From NCBI GenBank assembly GCA_965224025.1, contig OZ245033.1:3040001-3104000 (forward strand): a DNA stretch of 64,000 bases, written 5' to 3'. The position numbers and the translations under genes are program-made. Positions within the stretch are counted from its first letter, which is position 1, and each line of letters opens with the position of its first letter. The notes under the pieces were generated by a model. The model was given only the letters and a program-made list of their open reading frames with translations. It was not told the DNA's origin and made no database searches. The stretch is from Candidatus Multivorans sp. (lineage in GTDB: Bacteria; Acidobacteriota; Thermoanaerobaculia; Multivoradales; Multivoraceae). Of the stretch, positions 1 through 9,301 are shown in pieces.

Positions 1-743
1 ATCAGGCTGTCGGCATCATCGACGGGAAGGGAGCCGCCACAACCGGGCACGTTCGGTGAGCGAATGGTCTTCGCGGTGCACGATGCCGGCCTGAACGAGG
101 CCCTCCTTGGCGCGGACGGCTTGCCCCTCGTGACAGCGGAACTGGGTGCCGTTGGGGATGGGTGGTTCACTGGGACGTTGGCCGGCGAGACCAGAGCGTT
201 TTGGGAGGGGACTGGACTTTCGTGTGTCCGTGAGGCTGCCCAACAGAGCGCCGGTGATCACGCTCCCCATCGACGACGTGACGCTAACGGTTGGCGGTCG
301 GTCGGAGACCGTGAACCTCGCTTCGCACTTTCGGGACACGGTGGAGGAGGACTTGACCTACGCCGCGTCGTCCGGCGACCCCACGGTGGTCAGCGCAGTA
401 GTAGCGGATGGTGTGCTGACCGTGACCTCTTTGGCGGCAGGATCGGCCGCCGTCACGGTCACGGCCAGTGACCCTAGCGGCTTGACGTCGGACCCCGAAG
501 TGTTCACAGTGATTGCGCAGTCGCCCGTGAATGTGAGAATACCGGATGCTGGGCTTCGCACCGCCATCGAGGGGGAGTTGGGCAAACAGGCGGGGGAGAC
601 GATCACGAGCGCTGAGATGGAGTTCATCAGCAGCCTCGAGGGTGTGGGAAGGAACATCCAAAACCTGACCGGACTGAAGTTTGAGGTGGTCCCGGTCCTT
701 TGGACAGTTTCGAGGCCGGGCTAAGGTGTACTCCATGTGTTGA

Positions 744-1634
744 TTACGCCGCAGCCGCCGTCGCCGGGGCTGTGGAAAACTCTCGATTCTGCGGAATGCC
801 CATTAGTCCGCGGTGGGCTTCGGCAGGTGTCCTGCCGCCGAGCGCCGTGTGTGGCCGCTCCTCATTGTAGAAGGCGAGCCACCCATCGATCACCCGCCGC
901 GCCTCGATGCCGTCGACGAGTTCGTTCAGGTAGACCGCCTCGTACTTCAGCGAGCGCCACAGGCGCTCGATGAAGATGTTGTCGAGGAAGCGACCCCGGC
1001 CGTCCATCGAGATCTTCACCGTCGCGTTCTCGAGAAGACCGGTGAAGTCGCCGCTCGTGAACTGGCTCCCCTGATCCGTGTTGAAGATGTCCGGCTTGCC
1101 GTACCGGTCGAGGGCTTCGGCGAAGGCCTCGACGCAGAACGATGCGTCCAGGCTGTTCGACAGCCGCCAGGACAACACCCGACGGCTCGCCCAGTCCATG
1201 ACCGCCACCAGGTACAGGAACCCGCCGCGCACCGGAATGTACGTTATGTCCGAGCACCAGACTTGATCCGGACGCTCGATGGAAAGCCCCCTGAGCAGAT
1301 AGGGATAGACCTTGTGCTCCGGGTGAGGCTTGCTGGTCCGCGGCGCCCGGTAGATCGCCGCGATACCCATCAACCGCATCAGACGCCGCACCCGGTGACG
1401 ACCGACCCGAACGCCCTCTCGGCGAAGGTGGCGGACCATCTGACGCGAACCGTAGAACGGGTACAGCAGGAACAGCTCGTCGATCCTGCGCATCAGGGCC
1501 AGCGTCTCGGCGCTCTCGCCCTTGGGCCGGTAGTACAGCGAGGAACGGCTGATCTCGAGCAGACGGCACTGCCGACTCAAGCTCACGTCACCCGTCTCCC
1601 GCTCGATCATCCGCAGGCGCTCGGTCCGGCTCAG
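744..1634 (-). CDS. IS3 transposase OrfB (DDE/rve)
   Basis: WCSDITY, FNTDQGSQF and NIFIERLWRSLKYE motifs; start uncertain (ATG 1610 or coupling/frameshift near 1634). Confidence 0.93.
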   Translation of the reverse strand: MSRTERLRMIERETGDVSLSRQCRLLEISRSSLYYRPKGESAETLALMRRIDELFLLYPFYGSRQMVRHLRREGVRVGRHRVRRLMRLMGIAAIYRAPRTSKPHPEHKVYPYLLRGLSIERPDQVWCSDITYIPVRGGFLYLVAVMDWASRRVLSWRLSNSLDASFCVEAFAEALDRYGKPDIFNTDQGSQFTSGDFTGLLENATVKISMDGRGRFLDNIFIERLWRSLKYEAVYLNELVDGIEARRVIDGWLAFYNEERPHTALGGRTPAEAHRGLMGIPQNREFSTAPATAAAA

Positions 1635-1912
1635 TGCCCGAGCCCCCTGGACAAGAAATCCCGCTCGATCGTCAGCTCCCCGATCTTCGCGTGCAGGTCC
1701 CTGATCTCCTCCTCGTGGTCCCGGCGCCGCTCCGGCCCGGCCGAGAAGGTCTCACTCATCCCCTCGATCGCCTTCCGCTTCCAACTGCTCACCTGATTCG
1801 GGTGAATCCGGTGCCGCGATGCGATCGCCGCGAGCGGCTTCTCCTCACGCAGCGCCTCAAGCGCCACCTTCGACTTGAAAGCCGCAGTGAACTTCCGACG
1901 CTTCCTCTTCAT
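1631..1912 (-). CDS. IS3 transposase OrfA (HTH)
   Basis: RRKFTAAFKSKVALEA..IHPNQVSSWK is a typical OrfA HTH. Confidence 0.93.
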   Translation of the reverse strand: MKRKRRKFTAAFKSKVALEALREEKPLAAIASRHRIHPNQVSSWKRKAIEGMSETFSAGPERRRDHEEEIRDLHAKIGELTIERDFLSRGLGH

Positions 1913-2462
1913 CCTGGCTCCTCCTCTAGGTCGAGGAGTACACCTTAGCCACCTGTCCAGTTTTCCGGGACCACCTCAGTTCGCGACCGGCCTCGACTCG
2001 CTTGAACTCGGCGACAACTCGATCACGGACCTGACGCCGCTCTCAGGCCTCACCAACCTCAGGGACCTCCACCTTTACGAGAACGCGCTTACGGACGTAA
2101 CGCCGCTTTCGGGTCTCACTGGCGTCACGGCGATGGATCTCGACGACAATGAGATCACGGATGTAACGCCGCTTTCTGGACTCGTCAACCTTTCGAGACT
2201 GACTCTCGGCCGGAACGCGCTCACGGACGTAACACCGCTTGCGGATCTCACCAATCTCACGTCTCTGGGTCTCCGCAGCAACAAGATCACGGGCCTAACA
2301 CCGCTCTCGGGTCTGACCAACCTCGTACGGCTGGATCTCCACAGCAACGGGATCACGGACGTGACGGCGCTCTCCGGTCTCACCAACCCCTCTCTGCCAA
2401 CGTACGTGACACAGCGGGCATCCCGTTGAATAGTGGAGGGCACGCGTTGGCAAGGAGGATCA

Positions 2463-2948
2463 ATGTCAAGACGAGAGCAGAGGTTTGGCGGCGGCTCGGA
2501 GCTCCCGGCCGCGGGGGTTGAGGAGCGTAGCGACGAGGCCCCCGCGGCCGGCGCGGCGTCCGCGGGGGGCGTTCCCGACCCGGAGGTCGTAGCGAAGCCG
2601 ACCCGACGGCAGTTCACGGCGGAGTACCGGCTGCGGATTCTGGAGGAAGCGGATCGATGCACCCACCGCGGCGAGGTGGGTCGGCTGTTGCGGCGAGAGG
2701 GTCTGTACAGCTCCCATCTGGCCAACTGGCGCAAGGCGCGGCGCGAGGGCGCGCTTTCCGGTCTGAGGCCGAAGAAGCGGGGCCGCAAGCCTGTCGAGGC
2801 CAACCCTCTGATGCCGAAGGTGAAGCGGCTGGAAGCGAAGGTCAAGCGGCTCGAGAGGGAAGTCGCCGCCGCGCACACGATCCTGGACGTCCAGGGAAAA
2901 GTTGCAGGGCTGCTGGGATTCAGCCTCGAAGACGGGAAGGACTGCTGA
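2463..2948 (+). CDS. Transposase OrfA
   Basis: RRQFTAEYRLRILEEAD..LLRREGLYSSHLANWR; AGGAGG RBS upstream. Confidence 0.88.
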   Translation: MSRREQRFGGGSELPAAGVEERSDEAPAAGAASAGGVPDPEVVAKPTRRQFTAEYRLRILEEADRCTHRGEVGRLLRREGLYSSHLANWRKARREGALSGLRPKKRGRKPVEANPLMPKVKRLEAKVKRLEREVAAAHTILDVQGKVAGLLGFSLEDGKDC

Positions 2949-3946
2949 TGGCGGCAAGGTCCCTGGCCCGGCAGGTCGGCATCGCGCCGGCGTGCCGGGC
3001 GCTGGGCGTGTCGCGATCGACCTTCTATCGTCGTGCGAGGCCCGCTCCCGGGCGACGGCAGCCCCGCCCCACGCCTGCCCGGGCACTGAGCCAGATCGAG
3101 CGGAAACGGGTCGAGGCCACGCTTGCGTCGCCGCGTTTCGTCGATCGTTCGCCGGGAGAAGTGGTGGCCACCCTGCTCGACGAGGGCCGCTACCTGTGCT
3201 CGGAGCGCACGATGTACCGCATCCTCGAAGCGAACCACCCCGTGAGGGACCGCCGCAATCAGCGCGTCCATCCGTCGTACGCCAAGCCGGAGTTGGTCGC
3301 TGTCGCGCCCAACCAGGTCTGGTCGTGGGACATCACCAGGCTGCTCGGACCGCAGACCTGGACCTACTACTACCTCTACGTCCTGCTTGACCTCTTCAGC
3401 CGCTACGCGGTCGGCTGGATGGTCGCCGACCGCGAGAACTCCGCGCTCGCCCAAAGGCTCATCGAGGAGACCTGCCTCAAGCACGGCGTCAAGCCCCATG
3501 TCCTGACCCTGCATTCCGATCGAGGCGCCCCCATGACCAGCCAGGGCACCGCCCAACTGCTCGCCCGCCTCGGCGTGAACCGCTCCCTGGGCCGACCGCG
3601 GGTCAGCGACGACAACCCCTACTCCGAAGCACAGTTCAAGACCCTCAAGTACCACCCCGACTTCCCCAGCCGCTTCAACTGCCAGGACGCCGCGACCGAC
3701 TACTGCAGGTCCTTCTTCCCCTGGTACAACACCGAACACCGCCATGCCGGCATCGCCATGCTGACTCCCCAGACCGTCCACTACGGCCGGGCGCAAGCCG
3801 TCATCGAGCAGCGCCAACGCACGCTGAGCGCCGCCTGGGAGAGCTCACCCGAACGATTCGTCGGCGGCCAACCGATGCACACGCCACTGCCCCGGGCCGT
3901 CTGGATCAACAAGCCCGACAACGAGACTGCAGAGACCACTCAGTAA
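2948..3946 (+). CDS. IS3-family transposase OrfB (DDE)
   Basis: NQVWSWDIT, LHSDRG and DDNPYSEAQFKTLKY motifs; TGATG overlap with orfA. Confidence 0.92.
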   Translation: MAARSLARQVGIAPACRALGVSRSTFYRRARPAPGRRQPRPTPARALSQIERKRVEATLASPRFVDRSPGEVVATLLDEGRYLCSERTMYRILEANHPVRDRRNQRVHPSYAKPELVAVAPNQVWSWDITRLLGPQTWTYYYLYVLLDLFSRYAVGWMVADRENSALAQRLIEETCLKHGVKPHVLTLHSDRGAPMTSQGTAQLLARLGVNRSLGRPRVSDDNPYSEAQFKTLKYHPDFPSRFNCQDAATDYCRSFFPWYNTEHRHAGIAMLTPQTVHYGRAQAVIEQRQRTLSAAWESSPERFVGGQPMHTPLPRAVWINKPDNETAETTQ

Positions 3947-4600
3947 ATCCTGAACCCCGCTGTGTCAATGTCGTTGACAGGTTCCGAACCTCACACGGCT
4001 GGAGCTCTCCGAGAACGCGATCACGGATATCACGCCGCTCTCAGGTTTGACAAAGCTCATAACGCTGAGTCTCGCCCACAACGGGATCACGAGTGGCACC
4101 CCTCTCTCGGGCCTCACGGTCCTCAGACGGCTGGATCTCTCCTGGAACTGCCTCGCGAACATCGAAGCATTGACGAGCAACACAGGACTAGGCTCCGGTG
4201 ACTACATCTCACTCGATTGGAATGCCCTGGACGCAGACACGCTCGCTGACGACGTGACGGCGCTGCGGGACCGGGGACCGTGGTGATCTCGGAGACGCCT
4301 TCGGTGGAAGTCGGCGCGCCGCGCAACCTGAGCGCGACCCCGGGTGACCGCGAGCTCACGTTGACCTGGGCCGCCCCGTTAGACCCGGTCGACGTGCCCG
4401 TGTACCAGGTGCGCTGGCGTTCGGCTACCGGGTCGTTCAACGACTGGACGCTCGTTCCGTGCTCATCAAAGCGTCGGCACAAGCTGACCGGTCTGGTCAA
4501 CGGCACGACCTACACGGTGGAACTGCGAGGCGCGGGACATGTCGACAACGGGGTCGCGACGGCAAGCGCCACGCCTCAGCAGTAGTGGTGGCGCTAGCCT

Positions 4601-5068
4601 GTGGGGACGACGTTGCAGGCAGCCTTGACTGCACCGGGCACGGTGCCGAGCGTGACCTCGGGCTACGGCGGAACGGAGATTCGCGCAGAGGGTGTTTGGG
4701 CGCTGCGCCTCGAGGATGGCACGATCCGCCAGCCGCAACTGTACCTTCGTGTACTCCACGCTATCGAGGATCCACCTTCGGATACGCAGCAGGTCCGGAT
4801 CACGCTGTGGACATCGGCGACGGGGTCGGCATCGCCGCCTCAGGGCACCTTCGGTGGGCCAACTGCCTTGGCGATTCACGACGCTGGGCTCGAAGAGGCG
4901 CTCGTTGACGCGAGCGGTTCGCCTCTCGTGACAGCGGTCCTGACTTCCCTTGGCAATGGGCGGTTCGGTGGGGCGTTGGCGGGCGACACCGAGACGTTTT
5001 GGGACGCGTTCGAGGAGCGCGGCCCGTACAGCGAGAGCGAGGGCCTGTACGTTGAGCTGACGCCCTGA
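4601..5068 (+). CDS. Hypothetical protein; paralogue of the domain encoded at 1-210, possibly a detached C-terminal module of the LRR gene
   Basis: GTFGGPTALAIHDAGLEEALVDASGSPLVTA..GALAGDTETFW aligns with GTFGERMVFAVHDAGLNEALLGADGLPLVTA..GTLAGETRAFW. Confidence 0.6.
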   Translation: MGTTLQAALTAPGTVPSVTSGYGGTEIRAEGVWALRLEDGTIRQPQLYLRVLHAIEDPPSDTQQVRITLWTSATGSASPPQGTFGGPTALAIHDAGLEEALVDASGSPLVTAVLTSLGNGRFGGALAGDTETFWDAFEERGPYSESEGLYVELTP

Positions 5069-5278
5069 ATGGCGGCCTCCCGGTTCGGTGGACAGGGTCT
5101 GCAGCAGTTGGAGAAGGCGCTCGAGATCGACCCGGATCACCCCAGAGCGCGAGAGGTTTTCCACAGCTTGGGTGGCACCGGGAAGAACTCGACTAACATA
5201 CACGGTTTGGCCTCACCGGAGACGGCTTCTGCGCCGCCTGGTCAACGGCGCGAGGGAAGTGCTCTGGTGAGACTCTGA
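5069..5278 (+). pseudogene. Probable TPR-protein C-terminal remnant
   Basis: GLQQLEKALEIDPDHPRAR resembles one TPR helix; no full gene. Confidence 0.35.
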
Positions 5279-5539
5279 GTCGGGCCGGTCTCGATAGGAC
5301 AAGCGCCTGATCGGGAACGATTCGGAGTCGAACGGGCAGCCGGGAATCGTCCGGCGCGGCTGACCGCCTCGTCAGTCTCTCGGCTTCATCGGGTTTTTTC
5401 CACTTCCTGGGAGAGTTCCCGGGCGTATTCGGCATCTTCCGAGTGCGCACCGAGAGGCGTTGACTGCATTTCCGCACCTGCTGCCCTGCGGGCAGGTTGA
5501 TGAACTGGTGGAAGAGACGACCGAAAGGGGAGGTAACAA

Positions 5540-8500
5540 ATGGGCTGTGTTGGGCGTGTGGCGGTGGGTTGTGTGTTGGTGTTGAGTGGGGCGGCCGCGG
5601 GATTCGGGGGGGATATCGTGATCACCGAGATCATGAACAACCCCGGCGGACCGCCAGGCAATCTTGTTCCCGACAGTGCCGGCGAGTGGTTCGAGCTCTA
5701 CAACGATGACTCCGATCCGACGAACATGGTGGACATCAACGGGTGGACGGTCGAGGAGGCCGACCGAAGCCCCAGCTTCACCATCAACAACGGCGGCCCA
5801 CTGAACATCTGCGGGGGTTGCTATCTGGTTCTTGGCATCAACGCCGACATGGCCGCCAACGGTGGCGTCACCGTGGACTACGACTACCCCAACTCATGGT
5901 CACTGAACAATGGTTCGGACTCGATCGTGTTGAGGGACCGTAATGATGCGGTGAAGGACTCTGTCGCCTATGACAACGGCGCTACGTTCCCGGACCCGAA
6001 TGCCAGGTCGATGTCCCTCAGGGCGACCAACCTGCCCAACGAAGTCGGGTCGAACTGGTGTGAGGCGCCGGCGACACCCACCTACGGCGACGGCAGAAAC
6101 AGCGGCACGCCGGGCGCCGCCAACGACTGCGTTGGCGCGGCCCCCCCGCCCCCGCCGCCCCCGCCGCCCCTGCCACCCTCCACGTTCACGGGCGAGATCT
6201 TCCAGATCCAGGGCAGCGGCGCGACGAGCCCGCACGTCGACGCCTCGGTAACCACCGAGAACAACGTGGTCACGGCGGTGGGGACCGACGGCTTCTTCAT
6301 GCAGACGCCGGCCGCCCGCAGCGACAACGACCCCAACACTTCGGATGGCATTTTCGTCGCGACGGCCGATACGCCGACAGTATCGGTCGGCGACCTGGTC
6401 AACGTGACCGGCGAGGTGGAGGAGTTCTTCGGCTTCACTCGATTCGCCTCGGGGAGCACCGTCACTGCGGCGGGTTCCGGCACCGTGCCGGCGCCCGTGG
6501 AGTTCAATGCGGCACGGCCCTCGCCGGATCCGGATTCTCCGAGTTGCGCCCTCGAGTACGAGTGCTATGAGGGCATGCTGGTCCGCGTAGCCGTCGGCAC
6601 GATCGCCGGACCGAGTCAGAGCTTCCGCACCGACCCGATTGCCGAGATGTTCGTGACCCCGACCGCGGAGCGGTCCTTCCGCGAGCCCGGCCTCGTGTAT
6701 CCCGGCCACGCCTCCTACCCCAACGTTCCGGTGTTCGACGGCAACCCTCAGGTGTTCGAACTCGACCCCGACAAACTGGGCCTGACGAACGTATCCCTGG
6801 TCCCGGGTTCGACCTTCAGCGCCACCGGCGGGCTCGGCTTCGAGTTCGGCAACTACGAACTCTGGCCGTCCGCGTTGACCGTCCTCACCGAGGCCACGCT
6901 GCCGCGCCCGGTACGGCAGAAGAAGCCGGGTGAGATCACGGTCGGCTCGCTGAACGCTCTTAACCTGTTGTCGTCCCGCGCGACCACCAAACTCACCAAG
7001 CTGTCGCTCTACATCCGCGAGGTGCTGGGGTCGCCGGACATCCTCGGAATGCAGGAAGTCGGGACCATCGCCGATCTGACGGCCCTTGCCGACCGGATCA
7101 AGATGGACGATCCGAGCGTCGTCTACACCCCCTATCTGGAGGAAGGGCCGATACCCGACAGAATTGACGTCGGCTTCCTGGTGCGTTCGAGGGTCGAGGT
7201 CGGAAGCGTCATCCAGTACGGCAAGAACGAACCGAATCCCGATGACCTCACGGGCGAGTCCATTCTGAACGACCGGCCGCCGCTCTTGCTCCGCGCGACG
7301 GTGGATGGCTTCTCGCTCGCGGTCATGGTGGTCCACAACCGGTCGCTCATCGGCGTGGCGACCGAGTTGCGGGTGCGCACCAAGCGCTTGGCGCAGGCGC
7401 AGTTCGTGGCGGAGTTGGCGCAGTCGCTGCAGGATTCGAGGCTGATCATCGTGGGCGATTTCAACGCGTACCAGTTCACGGACGGCTTCGTCGATGTGAT
7501 CGGCCAGATCTCCGGCACCGCCATTGCGAGCCAGGCGGTGGAGTCGGGACCGAACCTGGTCTATCCGAGCCTGTTCAACGCGATCAACCTGTTGCCCGCC
7601 TCGGAGCGATACTCGTACCTGTGGCCGTGCGATTCCTCGGCACGGGACGGACCGCGCGATTGCGAAGCCCAGATCCTCGATCATGCGCTCGTGAACGCCA
7701 CACTCAGGCCGTATGTCGTGGGGATGCAGTTCGGACGCGGCAACGCCGAGGCCCGAAGCGCGCATAGCAGCGGCAGGACGACGCCGCTCGCGACGTCGGA
7801 CCACGACGGCTTCGTGGTCTACGTGAGCCCGCCCGCCCGTCCTCCGTCGGCGCCTTCCCAACTGACGGTCGCCACGATCAGCGACATCGAGCTGAAGCTC
7901 AGTTGGCGGGACAATTCGAACGATGAGACCGAGTTCGCGATCTCAAGCCGCGGACCGTACGATACCCGGTTCGCGCGGATCCGGACGGCGCCCGCGAACA
8001 CGACTTCCCTGGTCGTTGGGGACCTCCTCCCCGATAGCACGTACACGTTCGTGGTCGAGGCGTGCAAGGGCAGCAGTTGCTCCGACCCCACAGCCGAAGT
8101 CAGCGGGTCCACAGGGATCAACGTCACGCTCGACGCTCCAGTCGCGGGACGCCACGTCGCCCTCTACTTCAAGGGTTCGGGCGGCTTCGTGGGTCAAGCG
8201 GCGCCCGACCTGGCCTCGACCGAGGATGTGGACGAGAGCGTCGTGACGTTCCTGGTCACCTGCGGCAACCGGACGATGTCTCGCGAAGCCGAGAAGGACG
8301 ACAGCGGCATCGTTCGCCAGGTGTTCAACCAGGACAACGGCCTCGCCTGCAACGAAGGCGGCTCGATCGAAATGCACGGCCTCATGGACGGCGGCTGGTA
8401 CTGGATCAACGACGAGAACAACTCGGCGGTTTCCTCGCTCATCCTGAAAGCCGCGCTGGGCAACGCACAGACGAAGCCGATTGATCCGGGCGGCGTCACG

Positions 8501-9100
8501 ATTACATCCATGAAGGGCGGCGCCGCGAGCTTCGTCAAGCACGAAGCGACCGGTCGCGTGGGCCTCCTGCCGCACATTTTCCCTGAACCTCAGGTTGGTT
8601 GCAAAGGCGCCGCGGGCGAGCCATGCATTGTCGGTGCGGCCAGTGACTGGATACTGGTTGGTCGTATCGTGGACTCCCATGAGGAGTTCAGCGGTCCGAT
8701 CGAACGAGAGCCGCGCAAGACCCTTCGCGTTAGTCTGCAGCGGCGTGGCAACGCCGACTTCGTCAGGATCGGCACGATCGTCGCGGCCGCAGATCTCTTG
8801 GGCGGTGAGCGCGGCACGGGCCTGCCCCTGCCCGAGGGCGTGCTTCTCAGTCCCGGGAGGGAGTATGCATCTCCCGACGACTTCGACAAGATCGGCCTTG
8901 TCTACTACTGGGATATCACCATTGAAGACGACCCGGTTCGTTGCGCTGCCGGGAGCCGGGATCGGCGCCAACCGCAGAAGGTCGCGATGACGGTGACCAG
9001 TGGGCTGGAAGGTGCGATTCCGGCGTTCGCAGGGGGCCAGGGTCCCAGTTATGGCTTCGAGGTCGTCTGCAAGGCTGATTCTGCTTCCTCTGGCCGGTAG
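5540..9100 (+). CDS. Secreted nuclease: lamin-tail domain + Pro linker + OB fold + endonuclease/exonuclease/phosphatase + FN3 + unknown C-terminal domain (ExeM/YhcR-like)
   Basis: Signal peptide, IVITEIM..GEWFELYN (LTD), IFQIQG..DGFFMQ..SDGIFV (OB), GMQEV, GDFNAY, ILDH and SDHD (EEP), PSAPSQL..LSWRDNS (FN3); GGGGAGG RBS. Confidence 0.9.
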   Translation: MGCVGRVAVGCVLVLSGAAAGFGGDIVITEIMNNPGGPPGNLVPDSAGEWFELYNDDSDPTNMVDINGWTVEEADRSPSFTINNGGPLNICGGCYLVLGINADMAANGGVTVDYDYPNSWSLNNGSDSIVLRDRNDAVKDSVAYDNGATFPDPNARSMSLRATNLPNEVGSNWCEAPATPTYGDGRNSGTPGAANDCVGAAPPPPPPPPPLPPSTFTGEIFQIQGSGATSPHVDASVTTENNVVTAVGTDGFFMQTPAARSDNDPNTSDGIFVATADTPTVSVGDLVNVTGEVEEFFGFTRFASGSTVTAAGSGTVPAPVEFNAARPSPDPDSPSCALEYECYEGMLVRVAVGTIAGPSQSFRTDPIAEMFVTPTAERSFREPGLVYPGHASYPNVPVFDGNPQVFELDPDKLGLTNVSLVPGSTFSATGGLGFEFGNYELWPSALTVLTEATLPRPVRQKKPGEITVGSLNALNLLSSRATTKLTKLSLYIREVLGSPDILGMQEVGTIADLTALADRIKMDDPSVVYTPYLEEGPIPDRIDVGFLVRSRVEVGSVIQYGKNEPNPDDLTGESILNDRPPLLLRATVDGFSLAVMVVHNRSLIGVATELRVRTKRLAQAQFVAELAQSLQDSRLIIVGDFNAYQFTDGFVDVIGQISGTAIASQAVESGPNLVYPSLFNAINLLPASERYSYLWPCDSSARDGPRDCEAQILDHALVNATLRPYVVGMQFGRGNAEARSAHSSGRTTPLATSDHDGFVVYVSPPARPPSAPSQLTVATISDIELKLSWRDNSNDETEFAISSRGPYDTRFARIRTAPANTTSLVVGDLLPDSTYTFVVEACKGSSCSDPTAEVSGSTGINVTLDAPVAGRHVALYFKGSGGFVGQAAPDLASTEDVDESVVTFLVTCGNRTMSREAEKDDSGIVRQVFNQDNGLACNEGGSIEMHGLMDGGWYWINDENNSAVSSLILKAALGNAQTKPIDPGGVTITSMKGGAASFVKHEATGRVGLLPHIFPEPQVGCKGAAGEPCIVGAASDWILVGRIVDSHEEFSGPIEREPRKTLRVSLQRRGNADFVRIGTIVAAADLLGGERGTGLPLPEGVLLSPGREYASPDDFDKIGLVYYWDITIEDDPVRCAAGSRDRRQPQKVAMTVTSGLEGAIPAFAGGQGPSYGFEVVCKADSASSGR

Positions 9101-9168
9101 TTCACGTCCGAGTTCGAGAGAATTGCCGGCGCCACACGGCGGACCGGCAGAAGCTCGCGTTCCTGGGG

Positions 9169-9240
9169 TTACTCCGGCGTGTACCACATCGGCGAGGTGT
9201 AGGCGCGTCGCCGGGTGACCATGTAGCCGGCGGTCCGGTG
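9169..9240 (-). pseudogene. C-terminal remnant resembling a DUF3604-family protein
   Basis: Minus strand reads ..RAYTSPMWYTPE*, like the ERA(W/Y)(S/T)SPIWY terminus of that family. Confidence 0.5.
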
Positions 9241-9301
9241 GGCTATCGTCGGCCGGTCGAAGGCGGCGGACTCACGCCGCCTGGAACTCGGAGGCAGTCG
9301 G

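Larger units (their letters stand above)
682..1978 (-). mobile_element. IS3-family insertion sequence
   Basis: TG..CA ends; imperfect IRs TGAGGTGGTCCCGG..TGGACAG..GGCTAAGGTGTACTCC; 3-bp target duplication GTT (679-681, 1979-1981); orfA and orfB present. Confidence 0.97.
2388..3986 (+). mobile_element. IS3-like insertion sequence
   Basis: Flanked by a duplicated AAC(C) (2385-2387/8 and 3987-3989/90); imperfect IRs ctgccaacgtacgtgacacagcggg / ctgtcaacgacattgacacagcggg; orfA and orfB present. Confidence 0.93.
1..4585 (+). pseudogene. Internalin-like LRR / cadherin-like / FN3 surface protein, disrupted by two IS elements and frameshifts (5' end outside window)
   Basis: Segments read NRAPV..TVTVTASDPSG (cadherin-like), IPDAGLRTAI..NLTGLKF|ATGLDSLELGDNSITDLTPLSGLTNL (22-aa LRRs) and GAPRNLSATPGDRELTLTW (FN3). 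Removing IS 682-1978 and 2388-3986 (one target copy each) restores GLKFATGLD and LSGLTNLTRLEL in frame. Extra frameshifts at about 208 and 4278. Confidence 0.9.

Noticed and set aside
1979-2387. 66-bp periodic repeats as a possible CRISPR array
   Set aside because: They are degenerate coding LRR repeats with no constant repeat/unique spacer structure.
6142-6177. C-rich run with G-quadruplex potential on the minus strand
   Set aside because: Explained by the poly-proline linker of the nuclease.
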